Assembly (NCBI RefSeq): GCF_000372725.1
Contig: NW_005202368.1
Location: 216,045-280,044 of the forward strand
Length of the DNA: 64,000 nucleotides
Origin: Emiliania huxleyi CCMP1516
Lineage: Eukaryota
Direction of reading: 5' to 3'
Shown here piece by piece: positions 48,031-62,515 of the stretch. Below the pieces are notes generated by a model. The model saw nothing but the letters and a program-made list of their open reading frames with translations. It searched no databases and was not told the origin of the DNA. A program made the position numbers and the translations under genes. The stretch's first letter is position 1. Each line of letters opens with the position of its first letter.

Positions 48031-50134
48031 CGAAGTTGAGACCGCTTGACCTTCGACGGGAAGGTTGCCCACCTGTGGCCAGACCAGTGTGAAGGTGAAG
48101 ACCCCTTACGAGCGGGCGGGCAGGGCGGGCGGGCAGGGCGGGCGGGCGGGAGGGTAGCAGGAGCAGCATCAGCTGCAACAGCAGCAGCAGCAGCAGCACA
48201 GGTTAGGTCAGCCGCGCAGAGGGCAGCGAGGCTGAGGTCAAAGAGCAGCAGGATGTTGAGCCACCACCTCGTTGGGAGTCAGCGCTGCAGCAGCGCCCGC
48301 CTCGTTGAGCATGTTGAAAGCAGAGTTATTGGCGTCAATATGGCGCAGCGCAGAGATGCCAGCACCGCGAGGAAGTGCAGGACCCGCGTTTGCGGTGCGA
48401 GCCGTCGAGGCAGGATCAAGCTGAAGGACTCGAGTGGTTTCCACACTGACATCCTCGCCCAGAGCATTGCGAGACAGGTTTGCGCCCAGTTTGCAGTCGC
48501 TTGGCGTGGTTTGTGCAGGCGCACCAGCCGCAGAGGCAGCGCTGCCGACTCTCATTGGTTGAGCAGCCGTCGCAGTGCTCGACGGATCGGCAGTGTCGGC
48601 GCCACCAGCACCGCGCTCGGTCTCGCTCAGCGAGGCGGCCGAGAGCACAGGCAAGCCGCAAACGCGCATTTGGGACGCACGTAAAAGGTCTTTTCTTTTT
48701 TTGAGAGCGCCTTCCCCGTACAGTCGCTGCCGCGGCGCCCCTGTCGGTTCGAAGGCTCCCGGCGGCCGCGCGCTGGGTGCCGACGTCGACCGAAGTAGGC
48801 CGACTGTCGTGCTGTCCTGTCTGCTCTCGCTGTCTGCTCTCGACTGTCGTGTGCGTGATCTTGGGCCCAGGCAGGAAGGTAAACGCCAGGCGATTCCCAA
48901 GCTGCAGAAACGAACGAGCTTTTAGAGAGAGATTTTTAGCAATACCAAACAAATCTAACACTCACGCGTCGTTTGGGGCCTGGAGCCCTGTTCACGCGCG
49001 CGCGGGACGTGCAGACAGGTTATAGTGGCTACAAGCATAGCCATAGGCACTGACTGAGATTATGGTGCGGGCGGAACGCGCTGGTGCTACCCGGACATAC
49101 GCGCGGAGCGCGCTAGCTAGACACCGCGCCCCCGCGGGCGGAGCGCGCGGCTAGATGACTCACACACCATTGCTCCGAGTTAGAGGGGAAAATCGCCATG
49201 TTACTTACGCCGTTTCCCTGCGAACGCGCACCCCCCAGCGGCTAGGCCTAGGGCTCTCTTGCCCGCAACCCGATCCCGATCATCTGCCCCCCGCTGGGTG
49301 TGCTTCTTAGCCCCTGGGCGCGCTGTGCGCTTTCCACTGCGGGACGCGGCCACGAAAGGTGTCCAGACCCCAGTTCCGGCGGACGCAGCGAGCGTCGGGA
49401 CTCCGTCCCAGCAGACGAAGTCTTCCTCGTGGGCTCCACGGCCCGGATCGCGAGCTCGATCGATGTGCCGACAAACAGGAAGAGCCGAGCGGCAAGAAGG
49501 GCTCGATGGGGAGCGAGAACCGTCAAACGTGCTCACTCACGGAGGTTTCGGAAGTCCACCCTGATGCGGTCGATTCCCCCCAGGTTGATCAACCGCGCTC
49601 CAGCAGCGAGCGGTGCAGAGCGGCTACCGACATGACAGTTGGCGACGGCGTCTGAGTCTACGGAAATACGGAATCTAAAGATATAAGGGCCTCGCGTCGT
49701 CCGCCGTTTATCCCCGTGACCCCCAGAACTCGCGGACCCGAGGAGTCTCGAGCTTCAGCTGGCGATCCATCATGCCGCTCTCGGCACCGCAGCAGCGCGA
49801 GCGCCGCGCCGCGCAGCGCGCTGCCGAGGCTCAGGACGCGGCTCGCGGGCAGCGCAACCGCCCGGCGCCGAGCCGGTGCTAGGCCGCCTCCGCTGCGCCT
49901 GCTTCCTTGCGCGCCGCTGGACGTCGGCCGAGAAGACCGCTTCCCTCTGGGGACCCGACTCCGCGAAGATCGCGCGCGCGTCGTGAGTGGCGGCGCGCGC
50001 GCGATCTCCGTTCCCGGGCACGCCGGTCGCAGTGGCATGGGCTCCCAGGCTCAAAAGCGCTCCCGTCAACAGCGAGCGAGCGCCGCCGCTGCTCCTCCTC
50101 CCGCCGCCGCTCACCGAGACTCGGTGCCGCCGTT

Positions 50135-50185
<51 letters not shown>

Positions 50186-50614
50186 TCGCGCCTCGCCTCC
50201 GTCACCGCCGCCCTCCATCTCGCAGCGGCGCGTCCCTCTGATGGCGCGGGCGCCTCGCTCACCGGCGCCTCGCCGCCGCCCCCCCCCCCTTCTCGCGCCG
50301 CTCCGCTCGTGGCCGCCGCCTCCCCTGTCAATCCCGCCGCCTCCCCTGTCATCCCGCCGCCCGCACCACCGCCGCCACCGCCTCGCGCCTCGCCGCCGCC
50401 GCCACCGACCGCCCTCTCCCCTACGCCGCTCTGAGCGCGGTGCAGGGGGCGAGCCCCCGCGGCGCAGCCTCACCGCAGTGCACTGCGCTCTCCGCGCCCC
50501 TGACGATTAGTGAGGAGGTGGTGTTGCACAGCATGGAGCTCGGCGAGCGTTTAGCGAGCCCCTCAGCTAGTTCTACTATACCATACCCCGCAAAAAGTTG
50601 GAACCCTGGAACAG

Positions 50615-51931
<1,317 letters not shown>

Positions 51932-52114
51932 CGCCAGTGCGTAGTTTTGATGATCACGTAGAGGCCGTCCCTTCGCCGTGGATGTCGTGTCGAACGCGAG
52001 ACACCTCCAATGTGTTGTGGTATCACAATTCAACGCCCCTTCTTTGTTATAAGCGGGTTTGCCGAGCGAGACTCGCACACACGGAATCGCTCGACACTTG
52101 CACGGTCGCACACA

Positions 52115-52495
52115 TAGAGCGCTCTGTCAAACGTTAACTTTGGGCCTAACAGTTGCACTATTGTTGGCTGAAAAAGAAAATCCTCAACGTTGTTCAAGTG
52201 TTCTCCCCAGCCCAAGCTGTTACTGTTTGTTACTGTTGTTACTGTTGTTCAGTGGCCAGCAAGCAGAAAATGCCAAAAAACCCGGGTAAAACCCGAAAAT
52301 ACCTGGGTTTTTCCAGGTATTTTCGGGTATTACCCGCACTGGACGCTGGAGATCGTCGTGGGTCACTGCCAGGCCTTCCTTATTGTTGTTCAGCTGGCCT
52401 AACGTTAGCTACTGTTGTTGGGGAGCCCCACTGTTGTTCTGTTGTTACTGTTAACACTAGCAACACTGTTCAGCTCTTAACGTTTGACAGCTCTA
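52115..52495. mobile_element. AT-rich MITE, hAT-like ends
   Basis: TIR core CTGTCAAACGTTAA / TTAACGTTTGACAG with TAGAG..CTCTA ends; central palindrome CCCGAAAATACCTGG..CCAGGTATTTTCGGG; GCACACA on both flanks. Confidence 0.75.
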
Positions 52496-52632
52496 CGGCA
52501 CACATCCTCCCCCACCGTAAAGTGGTTGCGAGATTTTGGATGAGATGGTGCAGCCTCAGACAAACAACCCTCGAGTGCGTGTGCCCCGTCGTCCGTACTG
52601 GGACGTGAGTGACACTGACTGGCTGACTGACA

Positions 52633-53700
52633 TCAGTGTGTGCTGGGCCTCCTGCGGCGCCGCCGCCGACCCCTCACTGACGAGGCTGAGCCGGCCTCGT
52701 ACCGCCGTGGGCCGCCTCCCCCCGCGCCCGGCGCACGGGCGGCCTCGATCCGCCCCGCCAACTCGAGGTAGCGACGGCGCCGCGCCTCCTCCGCACCGGC
52801 CGGCTGGTCCCTCCCGCCACCGCCCTCCCCACCGCCGCCGCCTTCCTCCCCGCCGCCTTCCCCGCCGCCGCCTTTCCCACTGCCGCCGCCCGCCTCTGCA
52901 CCGTCGCTGTCGCTGCACACGTCCGCGCCGTCGCTGCCGCTGCCCCCGGCGCCTCCGCCGCCGGCGACCGCATCCTCGCTGCGCGCGCGCCGCAGCTCGC
53001 GCTGCACGACAGTGTACGCGGCACGGTCGGGATGCGACGCGAGCCGGCGACCGTACCGCGGCGCAAAGGGGAAGCAGCTGCCGCGGTGGCAGCCGCTGGG
53101 CCCGTGTCGCAGGAGTAGGCGCATGTGCTGTCTGCTCGGCCAACCGAGGTTGGTGGGCAAGTCCCACAGGCCGTGGCGCCGCCCTAGCGACCGCATCGCA
53201 ACCTCGTGCGCCACCGACGCGACGATGGAGGCAGCGGCGACGCACGCCTCGGACTGGTCGCAGCGAACGTGCGCCTCGCCGCGCAGGCCCGCAGGCACCG
53301 CCTCGCCGTCCACCAGGTAGTAGAAGCACGAGCGACATGCTTTCCGCTCCAGCCTCGCCGCCGCCAGCCGCATCGCCGCGTGAGCGGCGGCTTGCGGTCC
53401 GAGCGAGTCGACGGCTCTGTGGTCGACTGCGGCGCACGACCACAGCACACGTGGCGCGGCGCGCAACCGCTCGTACGCGTCGAGCCGGGCGGCGCGGGAG
53501 AGCAACTTGCAGTCGCCAGCCGGAAGCCAGGCGGCCGCGTCGTCGCTCTCTGGGAGACGGACGGCGGCGGCAACAACGGGCCCAGCTATGGCTCCAACGC
53601 CACACTCGTCGAGCCCGGCGACGTGGGGGTGGGTACGCCGTAGGTGCCGCTCTGTCGTGCGAGACAGGAGGCCGTGGCAGGCCGCAGCGATCCTGAGCAT
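52633..53700 (-). CDS. rnhB: Bacterial-type ribonuclease HII, divergent, possible organellar presequence
   Basis: AGLDECGVGAIAGPVVAAAV, DCKLL, LVDG, VAAASIVA, NLGWP..H...HGP..HR. Confidence 0.85.
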   Translation of the reverse strand: MLRIAAACHGLLSRTTERHLRRTHPHVAGLDECGVGAIAGPVVAAAVRLPESDDAAAWLPAGDCKLLSRAARLDAYERLRAAPRVLWSCAAVDHRAVDSLGPQAAAHAAMRLAAARLERKACRSCFYYLVDGEAVPAGLRGEAHVRCDQSEACVAAASIVASVAHEVAMRSLGRRHGLWDLPTNLGWPSRQHMRLLLRHGPSGCHRGSCFPFAPRYGRRLASHPDRAAYTVVQRELRRARSEDAVAGGGGAGGSGSDGADVCSDSDGAEAGGGSGKGGGGEGGGEEGGGGGEGGGGRDQPAGAEEARRRRYLELAGRIEAARAPGAGGGGPRRYEAGSASSVRGRRRRRRRPSTH

Positions 53701-55244
53701 CGACGCGCGATGCTGGAGCCTTCCTTCGACCCAGCGTTCGGACAAAAAGAATTCAAACTTTTACCCGACGCGCCGTCCCACTCTCGCGCTGCTCGCTCGC
53801 CAGTGCGGAGGGCATGGCCGCGGAGGAGGCGAGTACGCGCTTGCCAGGCCTTCCGCAGACAGCCTCTTGGGCAGACTGAGGGTCGGCTTTGCGTGGCGTG
53901 GCCCGTGCGCTGCGCTGCGCAAAGCTGCGGGTGCTGAGGGAGCATCCTGTGCTTCCTTTGGGAAGTGCGCACCTCCTGCAGCTGGTGGAAGGCCGTGCCG
54001 CCGCTCGCCTGCTCCGTGGACAGGGCGGGGAGGCGGCGCCGCAGCGCCGCAGCGTCCGCTGCACGCCGGTGCAGCTCTCTGCTGCCTGGTGAGCAGCCTG
54101 CTGGAGCTGTGCGCGGTGTTTGTGAGGCGGCTCTGGCGCTGTGGTGCCGGCCGCGGCGAGTGGCGCGCGGCACGCGCGGCGCCGCGCGTGGCCCGGACGG
54201 CGCCAGAGAGCGCGCTCGATGAGCCAGCCGGCGCGGCGCTAGCGCCGTGCAAGCTGGCACATCGTCTGCATGCTGCCGTCGTTCTCTGGTTGACGGCGGT
54301 CAATCTCGTGGTTGTCAATCAAAACCGGCGGGCTTTGTGACGCCGTTTACGCAATGGATTTGCGTTCGTTTTTTCTTTTGGTTTGTTTTTTCTTTTTATT
54401 TTTCTTTTGAGAGCGCCTTCGTTGTTAATAGTACAAACCCAATGGTCCTCTGCGAGCGGTCCTTCGTTGCAGTCGCACACACGCACACGCCGCGCCGCAC
54501 CGCGCGCCCGCCCACCGCCCCGCCCAGGCGGGAAAGAGATGAGGAGATGGGACAGCGAAGGGGGAAGCACAAGCACGTATGGGAGGGTTCAGTAATGCGC
54601 CACGCTGCCCGGCGTCTCTCACTTTCCGGGACAGCCCCGCCCTTGTGAGGCAGGAAAGTGACGGCTACCCCGTACGCCCTGCAGCCTGCTACCCCGACGC
54701 CGACCGCCCATTCTCCCCTCCTCGTTCCCCCCTCGAATGCTCCGGACCCCGACAAGCCGCCCGACGTTGGGCCTCTGCCCCGCACGCTCCCGCCCCTCTG
54801 CCCCTCACACACACCCAGGCCCGACATGCACATACAAGACAAACCCGGCGTCCTGCTCTCAAAAGAAAAGAAAAAAATGGGAAGGAGGAGACCAGCGGGG
54901 GAGACTCCCCGCCTATGCAACACCCCAGAGAGGGGCTGCCATCGCCGAAGCTGTGCCTAAGCATAACTCCCAAACCCGCAGCGGCCCGGGGGGCCTTGGG
55001 GGCAGCCTGCCGGACCGCTGTTGCACGGGGCCAAGCACCGGAAGATGAGTGGAATTGATGGATTGGGCTGTTGTCCGTGCCTCCCCTCTATACGTCAGAG
55101 TGAGACCTACGCCGCGCCGGGTAAGGAGCGCGCCCGGTCCTCGACGGAGCCGCGCGCCCCAAACGACCCAGGCGGCGAGTAGTCGTCCTCGAACCTTCGA
55201 CTCGTAGTCGCCCGTGGTCAGCGCCCCTCCTCCCTCGCCCGTCC

Positions 55245-55935
55245 CTATTCATACTGCTCCCGAGGCGCCCGCGGCATCTCGCCGCCCATCTTCGGCCACG
55301 CGTTGTAGTCGAAGATGGCGGCGTTGCGCCTCGCGACGATGGCCGAGTGCACTTGCAGGAAGCGTTTGCGCTCGCTACTGACCCGCCATCGTTCGCTGTC
55401 GGAGGACGCCTTAGCGGCCTTGATGTCGAAGTTGGTGTTGAACCACGTCGCCGCCTCGTGCCCGATGCCGCCACGCGTGCTCGCCGCCCATGTCATAAAG
55501 TCGCAGTTTTTGGCGTCGCACGCCGCTGCCTTGGCCTTCCGCTTCGTCGCCTCGGCGTAGTCGGTGGCTAGGCGCTTGCCGCTCGCCAGCGGGCGCAGCT
55601 TGTCATGGTGCACCGCGGTGACGCACGTGCCGTCGTACACCACGGCGCGCGCCGACTCTGCATAGTTGCCGAAGACGCCGTCGCCCCGCTGGTACGGGTT
55701 GGTGTCCGGATCGTGCGCCCGCGTCGGGTCCCTGCAGCCGAGCCTCACCTCCACGACCTTTGCCGAGGCGCCGAAGGCGCGGGCGACGTTCGTGACGTGG
55801 GTGTTGAGGGATGTGTGCCCCGTGGCCAGCCAGCCGCCGTAGTTGCACCCATCCCAGTGCGTGCCGTTGAGGTGCTCGAAGAGCGACAGCGTGCGCGGCA
55901 CTCGCGCGTCGCCGATGTCGCACGGGACGCATCCC
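55245..55935 (-). mobile_element. 5'-truncated CRE-like non-LTR retrotransposon: CCHC knuckle + restriction-like endonuclease
   Basis: CVPC...HWDGC, H, QRGD, YDGT, AEATKRKAK, STRGGIG, HSAIVARRNA; candidate poly(A) 3' end at 54369-54428. Confidence 0.8.
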
Positions 55936-55936
55936 G

Positions 55937-56860
55937 TTAGCCTCGTGCGGTGGTAGAGGGCGGCAGGGGGGGGGGCGACGGTGGGGGGGGCGGCCCGGGG
56001 GGGGGCAGAGGGGAGGAGGGCGGCGGGGGGGAGGACGAAGTGGGAGGGGGAGGCGGGGGGGAGGAGGGAGGAGGAAGGGAGGGCGGTAGAGAGGTGGGCA
56101 GTGGCGAAGGCCGCGGCGGGGGCGGGTGCGGCGGAGGGGGGGGGGGCGGGGTGGGGGGGAGGGGGAAGGGAGGGGTGGGAAGAGGTCTAAAGGAGGAAGG
56201 GGGACACAACCCGTTCGGGAATCGTGTGTCCCCCGAGTAGTTAGGCCTGCGTCCTACCCAAAGCATGAAAGAGTTTGGGACAGCTGTGCACGGCGGCTGA
56301 TGGCAAGCGCCGCCTTTGACCACGCAGAGCCGCCGCCTTTGACAACGAAGCCCGCCAATGCAGTCGCTCGTCGTCGAGTTCTCGCGGCGCGTGCGCGAGC
56401 CAGCACAAAATATGAGGGCGAGTGCAGGGGCCAGCCGCGCCACGCGCGGCCACGTGCACCTCCCAAGCCAACCGCCGCCCCCGCAGCACGACGGTGAGGC
56501 GAGCCTCGCAAACGACGCCGAGGGGGCAAAGGTAGCTCTCGCCGGGTGTGCCTCAGCGGCCGCGGGCGAGCAGGGCATGTGCGCGCCACGCGCCGCCGCT
56601 CGAGCCGGATCGTACGAGTCTCCCTCCCGCGGCTCGTTGCAGGAGAGCGGGTCGATCCGATGATGCTCGGTGAAGATGCTCGGTTGGCTCTCGCCAAATG
56701 TTTGTCCGACTCGACGTACGGCCCCGGGCGTCGGGCCGTGGCGGCGACGGCAGGCGTGCTCCAGCGCCGCCTCGTGCGCACGCACGCGCAGCGGCGGCGC
56801 CTCTGCACCACCCGAGTCGCCGCCCGGCCGAGCGAGGAGCAGAGAGACGACGAGTGACAT
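55937..56860 (-). CDS. Possible secreted Cys/Pro-rich protein abutting the retroelement
   Basis: MSLVVSLLLA start, Cys-rich segment, then poly-Pro. Confidence 0.3.
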   Translation of the reverse strand: MSLVVSLLLARPGGDSGGAEAPPLRVRAHEAALEHACRRRHGPTPGAVRRVGQTFGESQPSIFTEHHRIDPLSCNEPREGDSYDPARAAARGAHMPCSPAAAEAHPARATFAPSASFARLASPSCCGGGGWLGRCTWPRVARLAPALALIFCAGSRTRRENSTTSDCIGGLRCQRRRLCVVKGGACHQPPCTAVPNSFMLWVGRRPNYSGDTRFPNGLCPPSSFRPLPTPPFPLPPTPPPPPPPHPPPPRPSPLPTSLPPSLPPPSSPPPPPPTSSSPPPPSSPLPPPGPPPPPSPPPLPPSTTARG

Positions 56861-57294
56861 GCTGATTCGGCAATCAAGAGTTTCTTTTTTTTGCGCGGCG
56901 ACGGAGGGGGGGGCGAACGGGCGCTAACTGAGGATGGACGACCCGCAACTGGCCTGGCGAGGGGGCGCGGTGTTGGGTGCGGCGGCGGGAGAGGGCCTCT
57001 AGCGTCGCGTGTGCGCGGCGACAGACTGACTGAAGAGGCCGAGGGGCTGTTGAAGGGGAGCGTAGGCATGTTGTGCTCGAGATCGTCCAGCCGCACTTGC
57101 GCTCTGTGTGGCCACTGGAGAGGCGCGTGAGAGACTAAAAATCTAAGGCTCTATGTGTGCAATGCATCCAGAGAAAAATTCTTTTTCGAGGTCTACCCGT
57201 CATGCGGCAGGTCGCTTGCTCTGGCTCGCTGCCGCCGCGGTCGGCGGTGGGTCACCAAGATGCAAGAACTCTCTTCTCAGCGTGCGGCGTCATC

Positions 57295-57693
57295 TAAAGG
57301 CAGTTGATAAATATTGAATATATTGCTCCAATAGTTAGAGAGGCGATCAATATCAATGTATGGCAATAGTTAGAGGAGAGGCTGGGCCTGGGCTGCCTGG
57401 TCAGGACCGTCAGGTGGGTCCATCCTGGGCTTGAAAGTGGCTCTAAATCATTCAAAACGGGCCCAAATCGCTTCAAAATTGCTTAAATCGCATAAAAATC
57501 GCTTTGAACTCGTGATTTTTTTATTTCAGCCCACATCTAGGCGATGTTTGGGACAAATGTCGACATTTGGTGCTCTTGGAGGTTAAAATCAGCGATCAAC
57601 ATGTCAATATATTGTCAATAGTTAGAGGGGATGCTGTCAATAATCAATATCAATAGTTACAGGGGCGAGAATCAATCTTTATCAACTGCCTTA
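57295..57693. mobile_element. hAT-like MITE with 8-bp TSD GCGTCATC
   Basis: TIR TAA(A)GGCAGTTGATAAA.ATTGA; TSD at 57287-57294 and 57694-57701; internal CAATAGTTA repeats. Confidence 0.88.
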
Positions 57694-58487
57694 GCGTCAT
57701 CACCGCGCGACGCGCTCGCCACGCCTCACCCGGGCAAAAGGAACGATCGCGCGCCGCCGCCGCCCGCCTCGCCTTGCCTGCCCCTGCGCCTGCGCCTGCG
57801 CCTGCGCCTGCGCCTCGCCTCGCCTTGCAGCCGCGCACGCGCACACGCGCGCACACGCGCGCGCGCGCGCGCTCGCGTCGGGCCGCGGCCGTCGCCCGCG
57901 TTCGCTACGGCGAAGCAACCCTCCACGCGAGTTTCGAACCGGGAGAGCCAAAAGGCAAAAGCTCCCGGCTCGAACCGCGAACGGTTCAACCACCGCCGCT
58001 GGCGGTTCTTGCAAAGGCATTCAGGGGCAGCGCCTCATATAACGTGAAATAGTGCGAGCGCGCGAGATACTCACCCGACCCACCGTGCCCTCGCGAAAGA
58101 GATCTCGTGCCGCGCGCGCTCGCACACGCCGCCCGAGAGCACTCCCACCCCCGCCGCCCTCGCAAGCTCACAGGTTGAGTTGAGGAGAAGCAGCTGAGGG
58201 AGATCAAAGCGGGAGAAGGCGGCACGGCGCGGCGGCGGCGCGGCGCCCCCCCATCCCCATCCGCCTCCGGGCGTGAGTGTCCCCCCAGCGTCTGCTTGAG
58301 AGCAGACGCTCCGGTAATCAGGCCGAGAGTACCAGGCAGTTTTATTTCGAGGTCCGAGTGGGAGGCGGCCACAGAGTCGTCCACTCGCGAGCCCTCTTCG
58401 AGATATCGAGAGGGTCCGCGGCCGAGCCAAAGGACGACCTCCGGCTGGCCGCTGCAGAGCCGCCGCCTCAACCGCTTCCGCGGCCAC

Positions 58488-59669
58488 TCAGAAACCTGCC
58501 AGCGCATCCGCCAGCTCGGACTTCGTCTCCGAGCTATCCTCAGCCGCGGCAGTCGCCGCCGCCTTGGCTCGCCCCTGCCGGCCGCGCGCGATCGCCTGCA
58601 GCTGTATCGCTGCCGTCGCCTCCGCCTCCGCCACCAGTCGTCTCAGTCGCACCACCTTCGCTGCCACCGCCTCGGGCGCGGCGCATGCCGCCGCCGCACA
58701 CGCCGGCTCCGACGCCACCCTCGCCGCCGCCACCAACTCCGCCGTACACGGTAGATTGCGGAACTCGGCAGGCGACGCCGGCTGGGGCTGCGCGTTGGAG
58801 CTCAAGGTGCGCCGCTCGTCGATGCCCTCCTCCGCCATCTGCGTCCATTGCGACGCGAGCCGGCGCCACGGCCGCTCACGGATGCATCTCTCGGCCACCC
58901 GGGCCCACACCACCACCAACGCCGCCCCAAGCATCCAGACCGCCGTGGAGTAGGCGGCGGCACCCAGCAGAACGCCAGTGGCTTCAACTGCGCCTGGCGG
59001 AGAGGGCGGCGGCGCCAGCGGCGGTGTAGACGGAGGTGGCGGGGACTGCGGTGGCGATCTGGGCGGTAGCGCTGGTGGTGGCGGCGGCAACGACGGTGGC
59101 GGTGGCGGCGGTGGCGATGGCGAGGGTGGCGGCGGGAAGGGCGACGGCGGCAGTGGTGGCGGCGGCGATGGTGGGGACTGCGGTGGCGGGCTGGGCGGTG
59201 GCGGTAGAGGTGGCGGTGGTGGCGGCGACAGTGGTGATGGCGGCGGTGGTTGCGAGGGAGGCAGCGGTGGCGGCGGCGGCGGTGATGGCGGGGGTTGGGG
59301 CGGCGGTAACGGCGGCGACGGCGGCGACGGTGGCGACGGCGGTGGCGGCCGAGGGAGGGGAGGCGCCGGCAGGTGAGTCACCTCCCCGTTGAAAGCCATT
59401 GTCTCTCCGCGAAAGACGCTCTGTCCCGGGGCGGGCTTGATGCGACATGCGTGCTCGCCCATCGGGAGGACGTGCAGTATCGGCTCCTTGTGGAGTTCAC
59501 ACATCTTCTCGGGCCCGACGCTGTAATCGATGGCGAGGCAATCAGGAAGATTGTCACACGCCTGCTGGCAGACTACCTCACTCACGCCCGGAAGCTCGTC
59601 CACCGACCCTCGCGCGCCGAGTTCGACTCGGCAAGCACCGCGCTTGCCTCCGAAGAGAGGCCACAGCAT
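58488..59669 (-). CDS. PAN/apple-like + Pro-rich stalk + TM + IQ-motif protein (5' end uncertain)
   Basis: CQQACDNLPDCLAIDY...CELH; long poly-Pro; TM STAVWMLGAALVVVW; AAIQLQAIARGRQGR. Confidence 0.7.
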   Translation of the reverse strand: MLWPLFGGKRGACRVELGARGSVDELPGVSEVVCQQACDNLPDCLAIDYSVGPEKMCELHKEPILHVLPMGEHACRIKPAPGQSVFRGETMAFNGEVTHLPAPPLPRPPPPSPPSPPSPPLPPPQPPPSPPPPPPLPPSQPPPPSPLSPPPPPPLPPPPSPPPQSPPSPPPPLPPSPFPPPPSPSPPPPPPPSLPPPPPALPPRSPPQSPPPPSTPPLAPPPSPPGAVEATGVLLGAAAYSTAVWMLGAALVVVWARVAERCIRERPWRRLASQWTQMAEEGIDERRTLSSNAQPQPASPAEFRNLPCTAELVAAARVASEPACAAAACAAPEAVAAKVVRLRRLVAEAEATAAIQLQAIARGRQGRAKAAATAAAEDSSETKSELADALAGF

Positions 59670-59855
59670 CTAGGGGAGGGGGTGCTTCCATCGACGGTTC
59701 GGTCTTCCGCGGCGCCGTTCACGTAAACGCACAACCCCGCAGGTGTAGGTACTTCTTGCTTGGGCGGACCTCATGATGAAATTCTGCAAAAACCCTGGCC
59801 GGCCCCTGCGGTGCCCCTACCTACCTACCTACCTACCTACCCTACTTATGGGAAT

Positions 59856-60056
59856 GTATGTATGTATGTATGTATGTATGTATGTAGAAAGATGAACAAC
59901 AGTCGGGCTCAGACTGGACACCAACGCGGTATGGGTGGACGCGGGACAGATGATGACGACACGCACGAACGACACACAGACACAAACAAGCTCACAAGAC
60001 ACACAGCCAGCTGGCTGCCACACACCCTGAGTTGGCGTACACATAACTCAAGGCCA
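59856..60056 (-). mobile_element. Non-LTR retroelement 3' end with (TACA)n tail
   Basis: Same family as 19557, 26128 and 39665. Confidence 0.8.
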
Positions 60057-60617
60057 CATCCTCCCTGTCGCCCCCCCCAGCACTCCAAGGTGCCAAGAGA
60101 ACAAACAAGGGCACAACAAACAACAGACGACAGGAAGTGACATGCGAGGCTAGAGCAGGCTTGCTCTACCTCTAGCAATCTCGCCGGCCGGCGAGGCACG
60201 GACGAGACCGTGTGTGGGGTTAGTGAGGTGTCTATGGACGCTCTCCTAACCCGAAGTCGCACTCCGCAGTTCCGTGCGGGCACCAGTGCGCGTGTGGGCC
60301 TTGCTCTGCCAAGATGGAACGCTGTCCGTACTGCCGGGGGACAGTCATCATGTGGATGGAGAACCGCTTGGTGTAGTTGGTGGGTGGCAGCAGCGACCCT
60401 CTTGCTTGCTGCTGCTGCTGCCACTGAGCGTTCGGTTCCTCCATTAATTCTTGGGTGCCAAAATTCTTTTGTGCGTCTGTGTGTGCCAGTCCGCGCCAGT
60501 CTGCGCCCTTGTCGTGCCAGTGTGCTGTGAGACAGGCGTTGTAAGAATTCTTTTGTGCTAGAGGACGTTGCCGCGAAACCTCGACGAGGCTTTTGGTACG
60601 GAACATCGACGGAGGTC

Positions 60618-62515
<1,898 letters not shown>

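Noticed and set aside
49100..49156. Helitron 3' hairpin + CTAG
   Set aside because: Weak hairpin in GC-rich DNA; no 5' end or second copy
49658..50510. Overlapping Ala/Pro/Arg-rich ORFs
   Set aside because: GC-rich low complexity keeps all frames open; no recognisable motif
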